Below are positions 61,741-64,000 of a stretch of 64,000 nucleotides of DNA, in pieces. The stretch's first letter is position 1. The number at the start of each line of letters is the position of its first letter. The position numbers and the translations under genes were made by a program. A model generated the notes under the pieces. The model did no database searches. It was given only the letters and a program-made list of their open reading frames with translations, and was not told where the DNA came from. This DNA is from Octopus bimaculoides. Taxonomy: Eukaryota. The DNA lies in the NCBI RefSeq assembly GCF_001194135.2, contig NC_068983.1, forward strand, positions 141,216,135 to 141,280,134, in the 5' to 3' direction.

Positions 61741-64000
61741 AAATTATGATCTGCGGCTTGACGGCATTACTAACGATTAGCAAGTGAATTCATATATTTG
61801 AAGGCATAACAGTCAAAACCAGTCATGGACAATCTGCTTAGAACAAAAAATAATATTGAATTTATTTTAATAATATGACCTATCATGAATCATGAATCAT
61901 TTTTATAATATGACCAAACATGAATCATGTTCCATGCAGCCTGCTTTTCGAAACAGTTCGCCTATGCTAAGTCTAGGTAATGCGGCCAAAATTCTTTAAG
62001 AATGTTACTTGCAGAAGTATGATACCAGTTAAGCTGATTGAAGTTTAACTGACATTTCTTTGGCATAATAATTTGCTATTACTTCCTTCATATTCCTTCT
62101 GTGTTTGAAGCTTATATAATTTTGTTCTCTTCATACCTACTACTCCACCTCCTTGGATACTTGTACCTCATACTACCTTTCTGTATATTTTCTCTTTTCC
62201 TTTTTCTGATTTTTATTTATTTTTATGGTTTTTCTGTGCGTAAGTGCAAATTGTAAGCGATATAGTTACAGTATTTCTTAACTGGTTTTGTAACAATTTT
62301 GAAAACCACATCAAAATTGCCTCATTAAAGAACAAAATAAAGGATAAGAAATTATCAGAAAAAAAATAACACCCTGTGCCATCTTTAAAATATTATGTCT
62401 CTGTGATATAAAAATATGTTTACTGTAATTAAGAGATCAATACTTGGTGTTTAATTATTAAAGTCATGTCAAAGTTGATTCAGTAGAAATTTATTGCGCA
62501 AAAAGTGGACAAATTTGTATAAGAGTAACGACTAATATCGTATTTAAAATCATTATACCTCTAATTTATAACAGAAATTGTTCAAGTTCAAATAAGAGAT
62601 CTTAGTGAGAGTAATCAAATTCTAAAACCCTCGTCAAATTTGGTTTAGTAGAAAATGATTTGAAGATGGTGTTGAAATTCCAGGAATTTGATTGTTCTTT
62701 TTCCCAAGTATTGAAGACAAATCTAGAGATTATCAATACCAAGAATGAAATCCTGTTGGGAAGAGTTGAAAAGATCAGTAAAAGAGGAGCAATCGGGTAA
62801 GAAAATTACCGCCCATAGAAGAAGAATAAAAAAAATTATAAGGACTGAATACATTAAAGCTAAAATTTAGTTGCTGCAAAATGAAAGTTTTGGCTAGATT
62901 GAGTAATGGCGAAGGAAGATACAAGTTTCTAATTAATTATAACTGGATTACAATTAATATTATGATTAAAGTAATAGTTTAGCTATTGAAGTTTTAGTTG
63001 TAGTCTATTTGAAATATTTAAGTATTAATGGTTTTTATACCATTGCACAATTTGTTAGATATAAGATGTCTACGGATAATTGTTTAATTGTCGAGTGTAG
63101 CGATTTAAACTGAATTAAAGATCACGCAAAATGAAGTGTGAAATAATTAATTGTATCACTAAGAAACAAGAATATTAATGGATGTATAACATCTTATTTT
63201 AAAAGCTAGTCAAAGTGTATGAATGATGTGCGTTTATGTAGGTATTTATCTATGTGTGAATAAATAGATATATGTGCGTAGGTGTGTAAGCATGTATGTA
63301 TCGTTGTAAGTCATTTTTTTATATTTATTTTAAGGTATTTTTTCCTTTGTAGCATTCAATCCGATCATTAACAAGAGTGGCAAATCTCTTTTAAGTCAAC
63401 AAAACTCTTGGAGTCTGTGGTTGCCTGGATTGGTTGCGGTATATATATCTGTGTGCGTGTTTTGAGTATTCGCACACATACACATTGTAGATAAGCCAGT
63501 ATTCGTGGTCTCACAATAAAACAAATGTTTATGCTTCGTTACTCTTTTTTGTTTGTGCGAACCTATGTATTCAGTATGTATTCGCGATTGTGTACATATG
63601 TTCATCCAGGTACTCAAATGGAGAATCTCTGAAATGTTTTACAAATTTTCACCGATCATCTGAAGGGTTGTATTTGGAGAATGTGAATCAGTCCACTCTG
63701 TTCTTTGAAGACCCTAAACATTTTTAGGGTTGTTTATCTTTTCAGATCTATTGTTCTGTAGCCCAGTGCATCCTTGAAATGACAAAATGAAAATTTATTG
63801 CCTGGATCTAAGATCTGTAGATTTTTCATCAGTCCTCCAAATATGTTCTTTTCTCCAATTTTTTTGACGAGACGTTCACGTCCGCTGGGTAACCGATCTC
63901 TACAACGATACCCAACGTTTGCTTCTTGTCCTATATAACTATATCTGATGTTCTTCATACAATGGATTGCTATTTTTATTGAAATGTTCAAACAGCAATC

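Noticed and set aside
62608-62790. 62-codon stop-free frame ending at a gg|gtaaga donor
   Set aside because: No recognisable homology and a weak acceptor. The length is within chance expectation.

Overview
Eukaryotic, AT-rich, repeat-dense genomic DNA, most likely from an octopus (coleoid cephalopod). That call is an inference from three tRNA-headed SINE families resembling the octopus OK/OR1/OR2 SINEs and from the dense microsatellite load; I could not run a search. There are 13 N-gaps, 10 of them flanked by microsatellite on at least one side: 1992-2399, 8993-9041, 18827-19429, 25643-25758, 31972-32943, 33410-34077, 36096-36218, 39706-40099, 40759-40768, 40953-40962, 42783-43766, 46474-47352 and 54702-55238. 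No host protein-coding gene could be identified with confidence. The window reads as intergenic or as a large intron, with a few candidate short exons; the best is a 24-nt in-frame microexon at 16168-16191. Recognisable content is a TE graveyard: a full-length decayed Himar1-like mariner, RTE, R4/Dong, CRE, Tx1/L1 and CR1-group LINE pieces, Penelope-like RT and GIY-YIG pieces, a Helitron-like remnant, more than 10 SINE copies and a young MITE. The observations most worth following up are (i) an RTE 3' end with an uninterrupted 180-codon frame and a tandem C2H2 zinc-finger array, (ii) an unusually dense set of long inverted repeats and hairpins, including a 126-bp IR pair enclosing a CRE endonuclease fragment next to a 355-bp foldback, (iii) a MITE with 90-bp TIRs and (iv) the candidate microexon. 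I did not find a demonstrable new biological system; all of these are leads.
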